Below, piece by piece: positions 18,642 through 28,344 of a stretch of DNA of 64,000 nt (position 1 is its first letter; each line of letters begins with the position of its first letter). Location: assembly GCA_023383055.1 (NCBI GenBank), contig JAHDYP010000002.1:28791-92790 (forward strand). The letters run 5' to 3'. The stretch comes from Verrucomicrobiota bacterium. GTDB lineage: Bacteria; Verrucomicrobiota; Verrucomicrobiia; Limisphaerales; JAHDYP01. The notes under the pieces were generated by a model. That model saw nothing but the letters and a program-made list of their open reading frames with translations, had not been told where the DNA came from and searched no databases. The position numbers and the translations under genes were made by a program.

Positions 18642-19988
18642 TTAACGAAGCTCGTCGGTCCGCCACGGCGCCCGCAGCGGCCGATCCAGAGCCCGATTGG
18701 CGTCCTCGTCCCCCTGGAACAACTCAGCCGTCGGATCCCAGGCCAGGGATCGTCCGAGTTGAATCGCGATCAGGCCGAGCTGACAGAGGCTGTTCGTGCG
18801 ATGTCCCGCCTCCGCCGGAATCAACGTGGGACGATTGGCCTTGATGGAATCGATGAAATCCAGCTTCTCATTCACCTGCCGTGCCGTAAGACCGTCCCCC
18901 ACGATCGGTTCCGCGATCAGCTCCGGCGTGCTGCCCCGCAAACCCTTCCACCATTCCGCTTCCACCCAACCCGACGTCCCCTCGAAGCGCACAAACGGAC
19001 GCCCCGCCATCCGATAGTCGAGCGTCACTCCACTGGCATACGCGTATTGAACCGCAAAGGACCCCAACACCCCGGACAAACCGCCCGCCGGATGATACTC
19101 CCCCTTCCCCTCGATTCGCACCGGCCCGGTCCCTTCCGTCCCGAGCGTCCATTGCACGATGTCGATCAGGTGCGCGCCCCAATTGCAGATCATCCCCTCG
19201 CAGTAATCCGGGATGATCATCCACCCCGGCCGCACCCGCAGATTCGCCCGCGCATGCACCCGCTGTTCCGTGTAGGGCGCCCACGCTGCCGGCCCCAGCC
19301 AGCCTTCATAGTCCAGCTCCTCCGGAACCGGCATTTCCGGCTGGACGGAAACCGGCGGTTGCTCGTCCGGCACACCCGCCACCACGCGCCGCACCTTGCC
19401 GATCCGTCCCGTGCGCACGATCTGCCGCAACTGGCGGAACTCCTTCGAGGTGCGCACCTCGGTGTCGGTTCGGAAAATGACCCCCTGTTGCCTGGCGGCA
19501 TCGGCGATCGCCCGGCCCTGGCGGATCGAAAGCGAAATCGGTTTCTCGAGCGCGATGTGCTTGCCCGCTCGTGCCGCCGCCACCGCCATCACCGCGTGCC
19601 AATGGTCCGGTGTCGAAATCACCACCGCATCGACGTCCGCGCGCGCCAGCAACTCCCGGAAATCGCCGGTAACCGCGCAACCGCGGTAGCCGGGCTGGGT
19701 CACCGCATAGTGATCCTCCACCCGCTTTCGCGCTTGTTCCATCCGCCAGCGGTCGACGTCGCAGACCGCCACCACTTGTGTCTCCGGGGCGACCAGAAAA
19801 GGCAACAGATTCGCGTGGTATGCTTGTCGGCCCGTCCCGATGAAGCCCACGCCGATCCGGCTGTTGGGCGAATTGGAACCTAGCACCGCCGCGGTTACCA
19901 CACCGGGCACCGCCAGCCAGGCGACACCGCTCCCCGCCGCGCGTTTCAGAAAGACCCGGCGCGATTGTCGCATTTCTTTCATGATCAA
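18642..19988 (-). CDS. Tat-signal Gfo/Idh/MocA family oxidoreductase
   Basis: The twin-arginine leader [11 protein letters not shown] is followed by [12 protein letters not shown] and ALEKPIS. The start is TTG 19988 or ATG 19982. Confidence 0.8.
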   Translation of the reverse strand: MIMKEMRQSRRVFLKRAAGSGVAWLAVPGVVTAAVLGSNSPNSRIGVGFIGTGRQAYHANLLPFLVAPETQVVAVCDVDRWRMEQARKRVEDHYAVTQPGYRGCAVTGDFRELLARADVDAVVISTPDHWHAVMAVAAARAGKHIALEKPISLSIRQGRAIADAARQQGVIFRTDTEVRTSKEFRQLRQIVRTGRIGKVRRVVAGVPDEQPPVSVQPEMPVPEELDYEGWLGPAAWAPYTEQRVHARANLRVRPGWMIIPDYCEGMICNWGAHLIDIVQWTLGTEGTGPVRIEGKGEYHPAGGLSGVLGSFAVQYAYASGVTLDYRMAGRPFVRFEGTSGWVEAEWWKGLRGSTPELIAEPIVGDGLTARQVNEKLDFIDSIKANRPTLIPAEAGHRTNSLCQLGLIAIQLGRSLAWDPTAELFQGDEDANRALDRPLRAPWRTDELR

Positions 19989-20055
19989 AGCGCCCCGTCC
20001 TCCGGTGCGTCACAAATGTAAACCCGCTCATTCAATCAACCGCCATCCTCCCCCC

Positions 20056-20074
20056 CTTCTTCCTTCTTCCTTCT
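20056..20074. repeat. heptanucleotide microsatellite (CTTCTTC) x2.7, read as GAAGAAG on the minus strand
   Basis: CTTCTTCCTTCTTCCTTCT lies 10 nt downstream of the ispG stop. The same heptamer repeat recurs at 58367-58391. Confidence 0.85.
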
Positions 20075-20083
20075 GATTTCCCC

Positions 20084-21865
20084 CTACGCCGGCTCCGGGT
20101 CCTGCCATTTCCCGTGTTCTTTGATCAGATCGACCAGTTGATCGACCGCCTCCGCCTCCGGGATGTTGAATTTCACCGCCGTTTTGCCGACGTAAAGATT
20201 GATCTTGCCTGGCGCCCCGCCCACGTAACCGAAGTGCGCATCCGCCATCTCCCCCGGCCCGTTCACAATACAGCCCATGATCGCAATCTTCACCCCTTTG
20301 AGATGTTCCGTCCGCGATTTGATCCGCGCCGTCACGGTCTGCAGATTGAACAGCGTCCGACCGCACGACGGACAGGCCACGTAGTCCGTCTTGAACGAAC
20401 GACAACCGGCCGCCTGCAACACATTATAAGCCAGCCGCAAAGACTGCCCCGCCCCCCGCTCGCCCCGGATAAGAATCGCGTCCCCAATCCCGTCCGCCAA
20501 TAATGATCCGATCACCGTCCCCGCCCGCAACAGCGCCACCGACGGCGATATCCCCGTTGCCCCCGGATCCAGCGTGTCCTTCAAGAGAATGGGATTGCGT
20601 TTTCCCAGCTCTCGGAGCCGCGCCGCCAACCACCGAAATCCCACTATCGGCGAGATCGCCAGCCCGTCCTTCACCGTGACCAACTGCGACTCCGACTCGA
20701 TCGGCATCGGCCGGGCCGGGTCCAACTCCAACACCGCGCACTCCTCGAGGATGCCTTCGGGACGCACATCATCGCGCGGCCGGATCTTCGGGCTCACCTT
20801 CTCCCAGGTCTCCCGCGTCACCACCACCCGGATCAGTTCTTCACCGCCGCACCGCACGCCGCCCGGCGCCAACCCGGCCGCGAGACTCGCCCGCCGCTCG
20901 AACCGATACGGGTCAAAGGGCAACTCCAGCTCCGGAACCGCCTCGCGCTCCGCCAGCACCGGCACCTGATCCAGCAACTCCCGGCAGACCGGGATCTCGT
21001 GCGGTGAATCCTCGGTCAACGAGACGCGTATGGTGTCGCCCAAACCGTCGCACAACAACGACCCAATCCCGATCGCGCTCTTGATCCGGCCGTCCTCGCC
21101 CTCGCCCGCTTCGGTGACTCCAAGGTGAATCGGGTAGTTCCAATCCGGCCCCAGCTCGTTCAATTGCGCCACTAACAGGCGATAGCATTCGATCATGATC
21201 TTCGGGTTGCTCGACTTCATCGAGAACACGAAGTTGTGATAGTCATGCCGCCGCGCAATCCGCGCGAACTCAAGCGCGCTCTCCACCATCCCCTCCGGCG
21301 TGTCGCCATAACGGTTCAGTATGCGATCCGAAAGCGAACCGTGGTTGGTCCCAATCCGTATCGCACGCCCCAGTTCCTTGCAGACCAGGACCAACGGCGT
21401 GAACTTCTCCTCGATCCGCCGCAACTCGGCCTCGTACTGGTCCGCCGTATACTCCTTGATCACGAACTTCTTCGTGTCCGCGTAATTGCCCGGATTGATC
21501 CGCACCTTTTCCACCCAGCGCGCCGCTTCGAGCGCCGCGTCCGGCTTGAAATGGATATCGGCAACGATCGGCACCCGGCAGTCCCGGCCCCGCAACTCCG
21601 CCACGATCCGCTCCAGATTCGCCGCGTCCCGCACGGTCGGCGCCGTGATCCGCACCAACTGACACCCCACCGCCACCAAATCGAGCGTCTGCCGCACGCA
21701 CAACGCCGTGTCCATGGTGTCGCAGGTCAACATCGATTGCATCACCACCGGATGCCCCCCGCCGATCACCACCCCGCCCCGGGCCGGGTCGCCTACCACC
21801 ACCTCGCGGGTCAGCCGCCGCCCATAACGAAAGGGAGATTCACAATAGCGCATGGCCCGTTTCAT
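20084..21865 (-). CDS. ispG: 4-hydroxy-3-methylbut-2-en-1-yl diphosphate synthase, long form
   Basis: 593 aa. A TIM-barrel N-terminus (VVMQSMLTCDT), an inserted domain and a C-terminal 4Fe-4S domain (CPSCGRT..GCIVNGPGE). Confidence 0.9.
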   Translation of the reverse strand: MKRAMRYCESPFRYGRRLTREVVVGDPARGGVVIGGGHPVVMQSMLTCDTMDTALCVRQTLDLVAVGCQLVRITAPTVRDAANLERIVAELRGRDCRVPIVADIHFKPDAALEAARWVEKVRINPGNYADTKKFVIKEYTADQYEAELRRIEEKFTPLVLVCKELGRAIRIGTNHGSLSDRILNRYGDTPEGMVESALEFARIARRHDYHNFVFSMKSSNPKIMIECYRLLVAQLNELGPDWNYPIHLGVTEAGEGEDGRIKSAIGIGSLLCDGLGDTIRVSLTEDSPHEIPVCRELLDQVPVLAEREAVPELELPFDPYRFERRASLAAGLAPGGVRCGGEELIRVVVTRETWEKVSPKIRPRDDVRPEGILEECAVLELDPARPMPIESESQLVTVKDGLAISPIVGFRWLAARLRELGKRNPILLKDTLDPGATGISPSVALLRAGTVIGSLLADGIGDAILIRGERGAGQSLRLAYNVLQAAGCRSFKTDYVACPSCGRTLFNLQTVTARIKSRTEHLKGVKIAIMGCIVNGPGEMADAHFGYVGGAPGKINLYVGKTAVKFNIPEAEAVDQLVDLIKEHGKWQDPEPA

Positions 21866-21884
21866 CCGTTGCCTTCACTCCACG

Positions 21885-23321
21885 TTACTCGCCGACCGGC
21901 GCCACCACCGCGTTGGTGGTCGGAAACGTGATCTCGCCGCCCCGCGACCGCTTCCACGGCAGATCCTGGAGATCGAAAAACGTCACATACAGCATGTAGC
22001 CAATGATCAGGATCGCGCACGCGTTCTGCACGATCAACAGCATGCGCGTGCCCACCGGACGACGTCGCACCCACTCGATCAACGCCAGCAGGATGTGCCC
22101 GCCATCCAACACCGGGATCGGCAGCAAATTCAGCAACGCCAGGTTCACGTTCAGGATCACGCTGAACCAGATCGCCTGACGCCATCCCTGCTCGCTCTCG
22201 AACAGCACATAGTAGATCCTCATGATCCCCACCGGCCCGGACAAATGCTGCGCCTTCACGTCCGAACTCGAAAACAACGCCTTGAACGTGTTCACCATCG
22301 CGCTCACGCTCATCTTGATCTGCGCCACCGGCCCCGGCCGGTCCACCGTCCACAGCCCCGTCAAATCCCAGGCCACCCCGATCAACGGCCGGCGTTGGTC
22401 CACCGGATAATCATCCGGATAGATCGGCATCTCCGGTTTCACCTCCACCTGGATCGTCTCCGTCCCGCGCCGCACCCCCAGCCGAACCGTGCTCCCGGCT
22501 CCCTTCGCCTCGATGTGCGCCATCAAAGCCTCCGGCGCCAGCAACGGTTGCCCGTCCACCTCGGCAATCACGTCGTTCCGCCGAATCCCGGCCTCGGCCG
22601 CCGGACTGTTGGGCTGCACCTTGCCCACCAGCGGCGTCTTTCGCGGCCCAATCCCGATCGTTCGCAGGCTCGCCCGCTGCCAGGCCCGCGTCGGTTCCTT
22701 CACGTACGCCGTCTCGAACTGACGCACTTCCCCATCCCGTTCCACCTCGAGCGCGAGGGTCTCGCCTTCGCTGCTCACCACCCGCCACATGATGCTGTCG
22801 CCTATCCCGGAAAAGCGCGTCACCGGATAACCGTCGATCCGCAGGATCTTGTCCCCCGGCAGCAATCCGGCCTCCGCCGCCGGCGACTCCGGGCTGACGT
22901 AGCCGATCACCGTCGTGGTGTCCGCCTCGCTCACCGGCCTCCCGATCATCCACACGATTCCCGCAAAAACCGCCGCCAACCCGAAGCTGAACAGCGGCCC
23001 CGCGAACGCCACGATGATCTTGTCCCAGGGCGACACCGGCGGCAGTTCCTCCGTCTGGCTCTCGTTCTTGCCCTCAAAAGCCTCCATCGGCGCCATCTGT
23101 GGCAACGCCACATACCCCCCCGCCGGTATGCTCCCCAGACAATACACCACCCCGTTGATCTTCTTCTGCCAGATCGGTTTCCCAAACCAGATCCCGAATC
23201 GTTCCACCTTCAATCCCCGCCACCGCGCCGCCAGAAAGTGCCCCCACTCATGCACCAAAATCAGCAGGTTAAAGAGGATCACCACCTCCAGGAGAATGAA
23301 TACAATTTTCAGTATCTGCAT
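21885..23321 (-). CDS. rseP: RIP (site-2) zinc metalloprotease RseP
   Basis: 478 aa. HEWGHFLAARW (HExxH), PDZ regions, and a C-terminal NLLPIPVLDGGH motif. Confidence 0.9.
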   Translation of the reverse strand: MQILKIVFILLEVVILFNLLILVHEWGHFLAARWRGLKVERFGIWFGKPIWQKKINGVVYCLGSIPAGGYVALPQMAPMEAFEGKNESQTEELPPVSPWDKIIVAFAGPLFSFGLAAVFAGIVWMIGRPVSEADTTTVIGYVSPESPAAEAGLLPGDKILRIDGYPVTRFSGIGDSIMWRVVSSEGETLALEVERDGEVRQFETAYVKEPTRAWQRASLRTIGIGPRKTPLVGKVQPNSPAAEAGIRRNDVIAEVDGQPLLAPEALMAHIEAKGAGSTVRLGVRRGTETIQVEVKPEMPIYPDDYPVDQRRPLIGVAWDLTGLWTVDRPGPVAQIKMSVSAMVNTFKALFSSSDVKAQHLSGPVGIMRIYYVLFESEQGWRQAIWFSVILNVNLALLNLLPIPVLDGGHILLALIEWVRRRPVGTRMLLIVQNACAILIIGYMLYVTFFDLQDLPWKRSRGGEITFPTTNAVVAPVGE

Positions 23322-23495
23322 AATGTTCTACACCGCCGGCCAATCCAAAAGCGCCCGCACTCTCGCACCACCACCGCCGGAGTTCAAGACTGGCGAACAA
23401 GCGGCTCCCCCGCCCCTCGATCTTTCCACCACGCAACCGAGGCTTGGCAAATACCCCGCCAATGGGTTCAATGCCCCTCACCAGATCACCAAACC

Positions 23496-25247
23496 ATGCA
23501 TTCCCTCACCCCCTCCCTCCTCGGTACGATCCTCTTCCTTTCACCCGGCATCGCCGCCGCACCCGCCGGACTCGAATCAGCCGAGAAATCTCCCCTTTCC
23601 ACCTTCCACGTCCCCCCCACCCGCGTCGTCTGGCAGAGCGATGCCGGTACGGAGAATGCCGCGTCGCTCCTGAAAACCCACGCCGGCCAAGCCGTCCTCA
23701 GTGAACCCCAGCCCCCGTGCCGCCTGACCGCCACCACCAACGCCCCCGCGGGCATCCTCCTCGACTTCGGACGCGAACTGAATGGCTACGTCGAGCTGAT
23801 CACCCCGATGACCGCCGACCAGGCCAGGTTGCGCCACGTGCGCGTCCGTTTCGGCGAGTCCGCTTCCGAGGCGATGGCCGAACTTGGCGGCCGGCAGAAC
23901 GCCCAGAACGACCACGCCATCCGTGACCAGACGGTCGCCCTCCCCTGGCTTGGCAAAAAAATGGTCGGCCCCAGCGGCTTTCGCTTCGTCCGCATCGACA
24001 ACGCGGACCCGCGGCTCCCCGTTGAACTCAGCCAGGTGCGCGCGGTGCTCCAGATCCGTGACCTTCCCTACGTCGGCTCCTTCCGCTCCAACGACGAACG
24101 GCTCAATCGAATCTGGCAGGTGGGCGCCTATACCGTTCATCTCAACATGCAGGAGTACCTCTGGGACGGCATCAAACGCGATCGCCTCGTCTGGATCGGC
24201 GACATGCACCCCGAAGTCAGTACCATCCATGCCGTCTTCGGCTTCAATGACGTTGTGCCGCGCTCGCTCGACCTCACCCGTGACGTCACCCCCGTCACCG
24301 AATGGATGAACGGCATCTCCAGCTATTCCATGTGGTGGGTGATCATCCACGAGGATCTCTGGATCCACCACGGCAACCGCGGCTACCTCGAATCCCAACA
24401 ACCTTACCTCACCGCTCTCCTCCGCCGCCTCGCCCAACTCATCGGCCCCGATGGCAAGGAACGCATTGACGGCCTCCGGTTCCTCGACTGGCCCAGCTCC
24501 GCCAATCCCCAGGGCGTGACCGCCGGACTCCAGGGCCTGCTCGTCATGACCCTCGAAAGCGGCGCGCGCCTCCTCACCACCCTCGGCGACACCAGCACCG
24601 CCCAACTCTGCGCTGACGCCGCCGCTCGCGGACGCAAAGTCATCCCCGAAATCAACGGTTCCAAGTCCGGTGCCGCCCTCCTCTCCCTGGCCGGCATGAT
24701 CGATGCCCGTCACACCGCCGATGCCGTCCTCAAGCTCAATGGCCCGAAAGGCATCTCCACCTTCTACGGCTTCTACGTGTTGCAGGCACTCGCCAAATCC
24801 GGTGACACCCAGACCGCCCTCGATTTCATCCGCACCTACTGGGGCGCCATGCTCGACCTCGGAGCCACCACGTTTTGGGAGGATTTCAACCTCGATTGGA
24901 TCCCCAACGCCGCTCGCATCGACGAACTTGTCCCGCCGGGCAAGAAGGATATCCACGGCGACTTCGGCGCCTACTGCTACGAAGGCTTCCGGCACAGCCT
25001 CTGCCACGGCTGGGCCAGCGGACCCACCGCCTGGCTCAGCCAGCATGTCCTCGGCATCCAACCCCTCGAACCGGGTTTCGCCCGCGTCCGCATCGCACCG
25101 CAACTGGGCAACCTCCAGTGGGCCGAAGGCACCTATCCTACACCTCACGGCCCCATCCGCGTCCGTCACGAACGCAGACCCGACGGCACCATCGCCTCCC
25201 AGATTGCCGCGCCCGAGGGCATCCGGGTCGTGTCCGCCGACCCCTGA
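23496..25247 (+). CDS. secreted six-hairpin glycosidase, alpha-L-rhamnosidase (GH78)-like
   Basis: Only the last 583 codons of track ORF 21852..25247 are used. They show a signal peptide (MHSLTPSLLGTILFLSPGIAAA) and the C-terminal pattern WEDFN...CHGWASGP..LGI.P..PGF..V.I.P of rhamnosidase-type (alpha/alpha)6 enzymes. Confidence 0.6.
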   Translation: MHSLTPSLLGTILFLSPGIAAAPAGLESAEKSPLSTFHVPPTRVVWQSDAGTENAASLLKTHAGQAVLSEPQPPCRLTATTNAPAGILLDFGRELNGYVELITPMTADQARLRHVRVRFGESASEAMAELGGRQNAQNDHAIRDQTVALPWLGKKMVGPSGFRFVRIDNADPRLPVELSQVRAVLQIRDLPYVGSFRSNDERLNRIWQVGAYTVHLNMQEYLWDGIKRDRLVWIGDMHPEVSTIHAVFGFNDVVPRSLDLTRDVTPVTEWMNGISSYSMWWVIIHEDLWIHHGNRGYLESQQPYLTALLRRLAQLIGPDGKERIDGLRFLDWPSSANPQGVTAGLQGLLVMTLESGARLLTTLGDTSTAQLCADAAARGRKVIPEINGSKSGAALLSLAGMIDARHTADAVLKLNGPKGISTFYGFYVLQALAKSGDTQTALDFIRTYWGAMLDLGATTFWEDFNLDWIPNAARIDELVPPGKKDIHGDFGAYCYEGFRHSLCHGWASGPTAWLSQHVLGIQPLEPGFARVRIAPQLGNLQWAEGTYPTPHGPIRVRHERRPDGTIASQIAAPEGIRVVSADP

Positions 25248-25377
25248 AACCCTGTTTTTTACCAGGCGCCAAAACCCGTCCAGAGGGCTCCGGCTCCCCC
25301 TGCCCGCCGCTGAAGTCTGGACTTTTCCCGAACTCCACGTCCGCGCCCGATTTCGAACCCTGCGGCGGACGCCGGCT

Positions 25378-26532
25378 TTACCCCACGGTCTCGACCAGGC
25401 GCAGGGCGGTGTCGCGCGCCCAGCGATCGGCGGCCAGGATCGATTCCAGCGTCAGGCCTGCGTTCGTTTCATGAACCTTCATGGTCTCGGCCACCAGCGA
25501 GCTGATCTGGTCAAACCGAATCCGCCTCCCGCAGAACGCCTCAACCGCCACCTCGTTGGCCGCGTTCAAAACCGCCGGCAATGTCCCCCCCGCCTCCGCC
25601 GCCCGACGCGCCAGGTTCAATGCCGGGAATTTCTCGAGATCTGGGTCCTCGAAAGTCAGCGCGCCCAGCCCGGCAAAGTGCGTCCGCACTCGCTCGCTGG
25701 CCACGCGCTCCGGATAGGTCAGAGCATACTGGATCGGCAAACACATGTCCGGCGTCGACATCTGGGCCAGAATCGAGCCGTCCACAAACTCCACCATCGA
25801 ATGCACCACGCTCTGCGGATGCACCAACACGCCGACTCGTTCGATCCCGACGTCGAAGAGCCAGCGCGCTTCAATCATCTCGAGCCCTTTGTTGAACAAC
25901 GTCGCCGAATCAATCGTGATCTTCCGCCCCATCACCCAGGAAGGATGCTTCAATGCCTGTTCCACCGTGATCGTCGCAAACCGGTCCCGCGGCGTCTGCC
26001 GAAAAGGACCGCCCGACGCCGTCAACCACAACCGCCGCACCGAGTCCGGGGGCTTGTCTTCCAGGCACTGGAAAATCGCCGAATGTTCGCTGTCCACCGC
26101 CAGCACCCGCACCTCGTGTTTGCGCGCCTCCCGCATCACGATCTCACCCGCCATCACCAGGATCTCCTTCGACGCCACGGCAATGTCTTTTCCCGCCCCA
26201 ATCGCCGCCAGCGCCGGCTGCAATCCCGCCGTCCCCACGATGGCGATCAACACAATGTCCGCCTCCGGCAACGTCGCCAACCTGATCAACCCCTCCGATC
26301 CGTCGAACACCTCCGCGGAACATCCCAGCGCCGACCGCAGTTCCTTCGCCTTGTCGGGAGACTGAATGGCAATGGCGGCCGGTCGATGCCTCACCGTCTG
26401 CCGCAACAACAGTTCGCTGTTGTTCCCCGCCGCCAGCCCCAGCAGCCGGATTCGATCCGGCAAATCCTCCGCCACCTTCACGGTGCTCGTGCCAATCGAT
26501 CCCGTGCTCCCCAGCAAAACCACGTTCTTCAT
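25378..26532 (-). CDS. dxr: 1-deoxy-D-xylulose 5-phosphate reductoisomerase
   Basis: 384 aa. MKNVVLLGSTGSIGTST, VDSEHSAIFQC and NKGLE are present. Confidence 0.95.
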   Translation of the reverse strand: MKNVVLLGSTGSIGTSTVKVAEDLPDRIRLLGLAAGNNSELLLRQTVRHRPAAIAIQSPDKAKELRSALGCSAEVFDGSEGLIRLATLPEADIVLIAIVGTAGLQPALAAIGAGKDIAVASKEILVMAGEIVMREARKHEVRVLAVDSEHSAIFQCLEDKPPDSVRRLWLTASGGPFRQTPRDRFATITVEQALKHPSWVMGRKITIDSATLFNKGLEMIEARWLFDVGIERVGVLVHPQSVVHSMVEFVDGSILAQMSTPDMCLPIQYALTYPERVASERVRTHFAGLGALTFEDPDLEKFPALNLARRAAEAGGTLPAVLNAANEVAVEAFCGRRIRFDQISSLVAETMKVHETNAGLTLESILAADRWARDTALRLVETVG

Positions 26533-26598
26533 CGGATATCGCGGGTTGCAGCCCGCCGCGCCCAGCCGCGGTCAGGCTCATGCCCGCCGGTCATTGGT

Positions 26599-27609
26599 TC
26601 ATCCCGCCAATACATGCCGCAAATAGAGATACATCAGCGGGGCGTTGAACAACAGACTGTCCAGCAAGTCCAGTATCCCCCCAATCCCCGGAAACAACCG
26701 CCCGGAATCCTTCACCCCCGCCTCCCGCTTAAACCGCGATTCCACCAGATCACCCACAACCGCCGTGCCACCCAGTATCCCCCCAAGCAGTAACGCGTGT
26801 CCCAGCGTCATCCCGATCAGTCGCTCGCCCGCGAACTCATAAAACAGAACGCTCGCCAGCACCGAAAACAGAATGGCCCCGCCAAACCCTTCCCAGGTCT
26901 TGCCCGGACTGATCCGCGGAATCATCTTGTGCCGCCCGATCAACGACCCCACCGCGTAAGCCCCGGTGTCGCTGAACTTCGTCACCAGGATGAAGTACAA
27001 AACATAAAACGCGCCGTTGCCCTCCACCCGCGGGTAGTAATGGATCTTTTGTATGAAATTCAACAGCCACGGCACGTACATCAAACCAAATAACGTGGTC
27101 GAGATCGCCAGCAATCCACCCTGCTGCAGCGGCGAAAAAAACTGCCGCAAACACAACCCCAATACCAACAGGATCAAAATGCTCGTCTCAAAATCGTTCG
27201 CTTTCGCCGGCGCCTCGTGCGTGCCCAGCAGGCCCGACAAATACACAAAGGTGCTCGCCATCAACAACAGCCCGCCGAATACCCCCCACTCCTTGTAACA
27301 AATCAATCCCCGCTTCTCAACCAACCCGTAAAACTCGATCAATCCCGCCCCCGCCAACACCACCAACAACGCCAAAAACACATAATCCGACACCAGCCGG
27401 TTACCCGAAAACATTGCCGACAACACCACCGTCCATAACACCACCGACGATATCAAACGCCGGATAAAAACCCGCGATCGCCCCGGAACCGGCCCCGGCG
27501 TTGTAGTCTCGCTTTCTGGCACGCCCCGAGACCCTACCCGCCCGCCCGCCTCACCGCAATCCGGGACTGTCGACCGCGCCCCGTCATTCGCCCTCCGCTT
27601 CTTCGTCAA
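26599..27609 (-). CDS. cdsA: phosphatidate cytidylyltransferase
   Basis: A multi-TM protein with the CdsA signature KFSDTGAYAVGSLIGRHKM.P.ISPGKTWEG. The start is uncertain: TTG 27609 overlaps the upstream gene, and GTG 27522 is an alternative. Confidence 0.85.
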   Translation of the reverse strand: MTKKRRANDGARSTVPDCGEAGGRVGSRGVPESETTTPGPVPGRSRVFIRRLISSVVLWTVVLSAMFSGNRLVSDYVFLALLVVLAGAGLIEFYGLVEKRGLICYKEWGVFGGLLLMASTFVYLSGLLGTHEAPAKANDFETSILILLVLGLCLRQFFSPLQQGGLLAISTTLFGLMYVPWLLNFIQKIHYYPRVEGNGAFYVLYFILVTKFSDTGAYAVGSLIGRHKMIPRISPGKTWEGFGGAILFSVLASVLFYEFAGERLIGMTLGHALLLGGILGGTAVVGDLVESRFKREAGVKDSGRLFPGIGGILDLLDSLLFNAPLMYLYLRHVLAG

Positions 27610-28261
27610 CCTGAAGCGCCTTCCGAAGTTGATCCCGGTATTTCTTCAGCAGCTTTTGCTCGGCTTCGGCCGGTTGCGGCAGATGCGTGAAAGCCTTTTG
27701 CGTGGCCGCGAGCGCACTCAATCCCGCCTCCAACATCGATTTCATCTGCCGATAGTCTTCCTCGCCCATTTGACTGCGCATGGACTCGAGTTCCTTCAAC
27801 TGCCCGGCCATCTGCTTCCGGGCCTGGTCCGCCCCTGCCGCCGCCTCGTCGCGAGCGAAGAACAGCTGCAAGCGAATGATCTTCTTCAGAAATTCCTCGG
27901 GGACCACCCCGTTGGCTTTCGCCCACGCCCGATACCCGGCATCCTGGATCAGCAGCTCGTAGTCGAACTTGCCTGACTCAAAGGCCGTTTCTCCCCACGC
28001 CTCCGCCTTCGTGTTGAGTTCTTCCATCGCGGTCTTCCGCTTCAGGATCTCCTCTATGTCGCGCTCTGTCACCCGGGTATCCTGGATGAATTTCGCGCTG
28101 GCCTTGATGAACGCTTCCATCTTCCCGCCCAGATCCTCCAACACCAGTCCGGGGGCGGGAGCGCCATCCGCCGCCCGGGCACCGCTCAGCCCCGCCAGCA
28201 GCCATACCCCTATCCCAGCCCAACGAAGAACCGTTCCCAATGGAATCAAAGCCTTATGCAT
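27584..28261 (-). CDS. hypothetical secreted, helical/charged protein
   Basis: 225 aa from ATG 28261. It has a signal peptide (MHKALIPLGTVLRWAGIGVWLLAGLSGARA) followed by K/E-rich helical sequence. The rest of track ORF 27584..29047 overlaps the permease gene in another frame. Confidence 0.5.
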   Translation of the reverse strand: MHKALIPLGTVLRWAGIGVWLLAGLSGARAADGAPAPGLVLEDLGGKMEAFIKASAKFIQDTRVTERDIEEILKRKTAMEELNTKAEAWGETAFESGKFDYELLIQDAGYRAWAKANGVVPEEFLKKIIRLQLFFARDEAAAGADQARKQMAGQLKELESMRSQMGEEDYRQMKSMLEAGLSALAATQKAFTHLPQPAEAEQKLLKKYRDQLRKALQVDEEAEGE

Positions 28262-28344
28262 GTTCGTTTCGCCGGGGTCATTCCCCGCCGCGCGCCGGTG
28301 GTAACAAAACCGGCCGGCCCCAGGCAATCCACAAATCGCATGCC

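Noticed and set aside
21852-23495. N-terminal 548 codons of the 1,131-aa ORF 21852..25247
   Set aside because: This part is antisense to rseP and translates to Arg/His/Pro-rich nonsense. A clean signal peptide begins at ATG 23496, so only the last 583 codons are called as the glycosidase.
25330-25370. Hairpin CGTCCGC-N20-GCGGACG between the convergent glycosidase and dxr genes, as a possible terminator
   Set aside because: The stem is short (7 bp), the loop is large, and no T-run follows on either strand. The evidence is not sufficient to call it a terminator.
24703-26793. 696-aa plus-strand ORF
   Set aside because: Its translation is Pro/Arg/Ser-rich low complexity. It overlaps the end of the glycosidase in another frame and is antisense to dxr and cdsA, both of which have unambiguous signatures.
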